Shown one piece after another: positions 62,791 through 64,000 of a stretch of 64,000 nucleotides of DNA. Source of the DNA: an uncultured Gemmatimonadaceae bacterium. Lineage in GTDB: Bacteria > Gemmatimonadota > Gemmatimonadetes > Gemmatimonadales > Gemmatimonadaceae. The notes beneath the pieces were generated by a model. The model saw only the letters and a program-made list of their open reading frames with translations, made no database searches and was not told the origin of the DNA. Positions within the stretch are counted from its first letter, which is position 1; the number at the start of each line of letters is the position of its first letter. The DNA lies in contig CAWHHI010000003.1 in assembly GCA_963829055.1 (NCBI GenBank), positions 288,001 through 352,000 of the forward strand. Reading direction: 5' to 3'. The position numbers and the translations under genes are program-made.

Positions 62791-64000
62791 GCACGTCGCT
62801 CCGAGCCGACGCGCGGCGTCGCGCCAGCAGGCCGCGTGGCACGCTCGTCGACGCCATGTTGCGCGAGCACGGCCAGCACCCATCGCTCGAGGCCGAACGC
62901 GACGCATCCGCTGTGCGCTGGTCCGTCGGCCGCCAGCGAGATGTCGAATCGCGTGCCGAAGAAGTCGTGATGGTGGTTGAACGACGCGGCGGCAATAGCG
63001 CGGCCAGTCGCCGTCGACGGTGAGCAGCAGCTCGTACTTGAGCGCGCCCGCCTGCTGCATCAGCCGTCGGCCTTCGTCGCCGGCGGTGAAGAACGGGTCG
63101 GTCGCTGGCTCGATCCTGCCGTCGAGGTCGAGCGTCGTCGATGAGGTCGGACGACCTGCCTGACGAGCGACTGCCTAACGTCCTCCACTTGCTCGCGGCT
63201 GCCGAGCACGATGATCTCGCGCATGGTGAAGTCCCAGAGGCGCTCGAGCGGTACGTGGTTGCCGTCCTCGAAGCGGTAGCAGTCGGCCGCGTGCGGTGAG
63301 GATGGTCGGCGTCCGAGCCGACGGTTCTTCCCTGACCATTCGGGGTAGGCGTGATAGCAGACGGCTGGGGAGAGTGCGTGGCGGGATGCCGAGTCGATCG
63401 GGTCGATCATCCCGATGCCAGACAGCAGGTCCCTCGTTCGCACGATCGACGGGCTTCGCTCGGGATGACAGACGAGCGTTAGGTGCTGTGGGAACGATGC
63501 GACCTGTCCGGCGCGCTCGAGGACGCCCAGGTCGATCAGGCTCGGGTAGCGGTGCTCCGTGGCGCCGAGTGCGCGCGCCCATTCGAGCACGCGTGTGGTC
63601 GATCGGCGCGAGGACGTCGAGCGCGAGTCCCGACAGCGAGACCTGGCCAGCTGCCGTTACGACTACGTCGCCTCGCTCCCGCAGCACGCCAAGCGGCGAC
63701 GCGAATCGTGACCGGTCGCCTCGACGCTCGAACAGCCGATCGGGCGGCGCGGCTGACGCGGCCCGACGAAGCGTCCGGGTGAAACGCCAGCCACGATCGT
63801 TGCGATCGTGCGGAAGTTCGCGAGGCTGCACCGCGCGGTCGGGAATGCGCGCGCCCAGCGACTTCTCCACCGCGGCGATGAGGTCGAGGATGCGGAGCGA
63901 GTTCATGTAGCCGTCCTCGAACAGCCGCGTGTCGCGTCCGACGTTCGCGGCGCCGCCCAGCAACGTGACGTTGATGAAGTGTGCGAGCTGACGCTCGAGC
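62787..64000 (-). CDS. Amino acid:[carrier protein] ligase (class II SerRS homolog) with N-terminal carrier-protein domain; 5' end outside the window (frameshifted)
   Basis: ACP part: LFEDGYMNSLRILDLIAAVEKSLG..IPD....LANFRTI; ligase part: SFPQ, LSPAVCYH, CYRFE, RLWDFTMREI, ATDPFF, KYEL, SFNHH, HSGCVAFGLERW. Confidence 0.88.

Noticed and set aside
140..63179. TTAGGC as telomeric repeat or eukaryotic contamination
   Set aside because: Copies are isolated, never tandem, and embedded in bacterial genes.
62787..64000. Housekeeping seryl-tRNA synthetase serS
   Set aside because: No tRNA-binding domain is visible, it has zinc-triad motifs of the aa:CP ligase type, and it lies in an operon with carrier proteins and tailoring enzymes.

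Overview
High-GC bacterial DNA (roughly 68-70% by eye). The gene repertoire (several ADOP-type duplicated ABC permeases with PadR regulators, Big_2 lipoprotein, BNR/VPS10 hydrolase, DUF6494/DUF6496) suggests Gemmatimonadota; this is inference, not a database result. Many genes are split by single-base indels in patches while others are intact, which looks like long-read consensus error, so several calls were rebuilt by eye across frames. Ordinary content: CHASE3 histidine kinase, FtsH, Xre/RES toxin-antitoxin pair, GT2, methyltransferase, Gfo/Idh/MocA, phosphofructokinase, M13 and M24 peptidases, GH63 glucosidase, lytic transglycosylase, HAD, Rieske/FAD oxidoreductase, two PAP2 proteins, AraC/VOC. 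No rRNA, tRNA, CRISPR, integrase or transposase was seen. Most interesting: (1) a translationally coupled minus-strand operon at 60338-64000, cut by the window edge, encoding a carrier-protein-fused seryl-tRNA-synthetase-like amino acid:[carrier protein] ligase, a methyltransferase and two ferritin-like diiron enzymes, one apparently fused to a second carrier protein. This is a candidate NRPS-independent amino-acid tailoring pathway. (2) The heptamer GTTAGGC/GCCTAAC occurs about once per 1.1 kb on both strands, including inside genes. (3) A run of small unrelated genes at 28.6-30.6 kb is joined by a repeated 16-bp stop/start junction (GCGGGGGCGGGGATGA). (4) Several palindromic and short-repeat element families are present, some inserted into coding sequence. 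(5) Two PadR genes have matching 21-bp palindromic operators.
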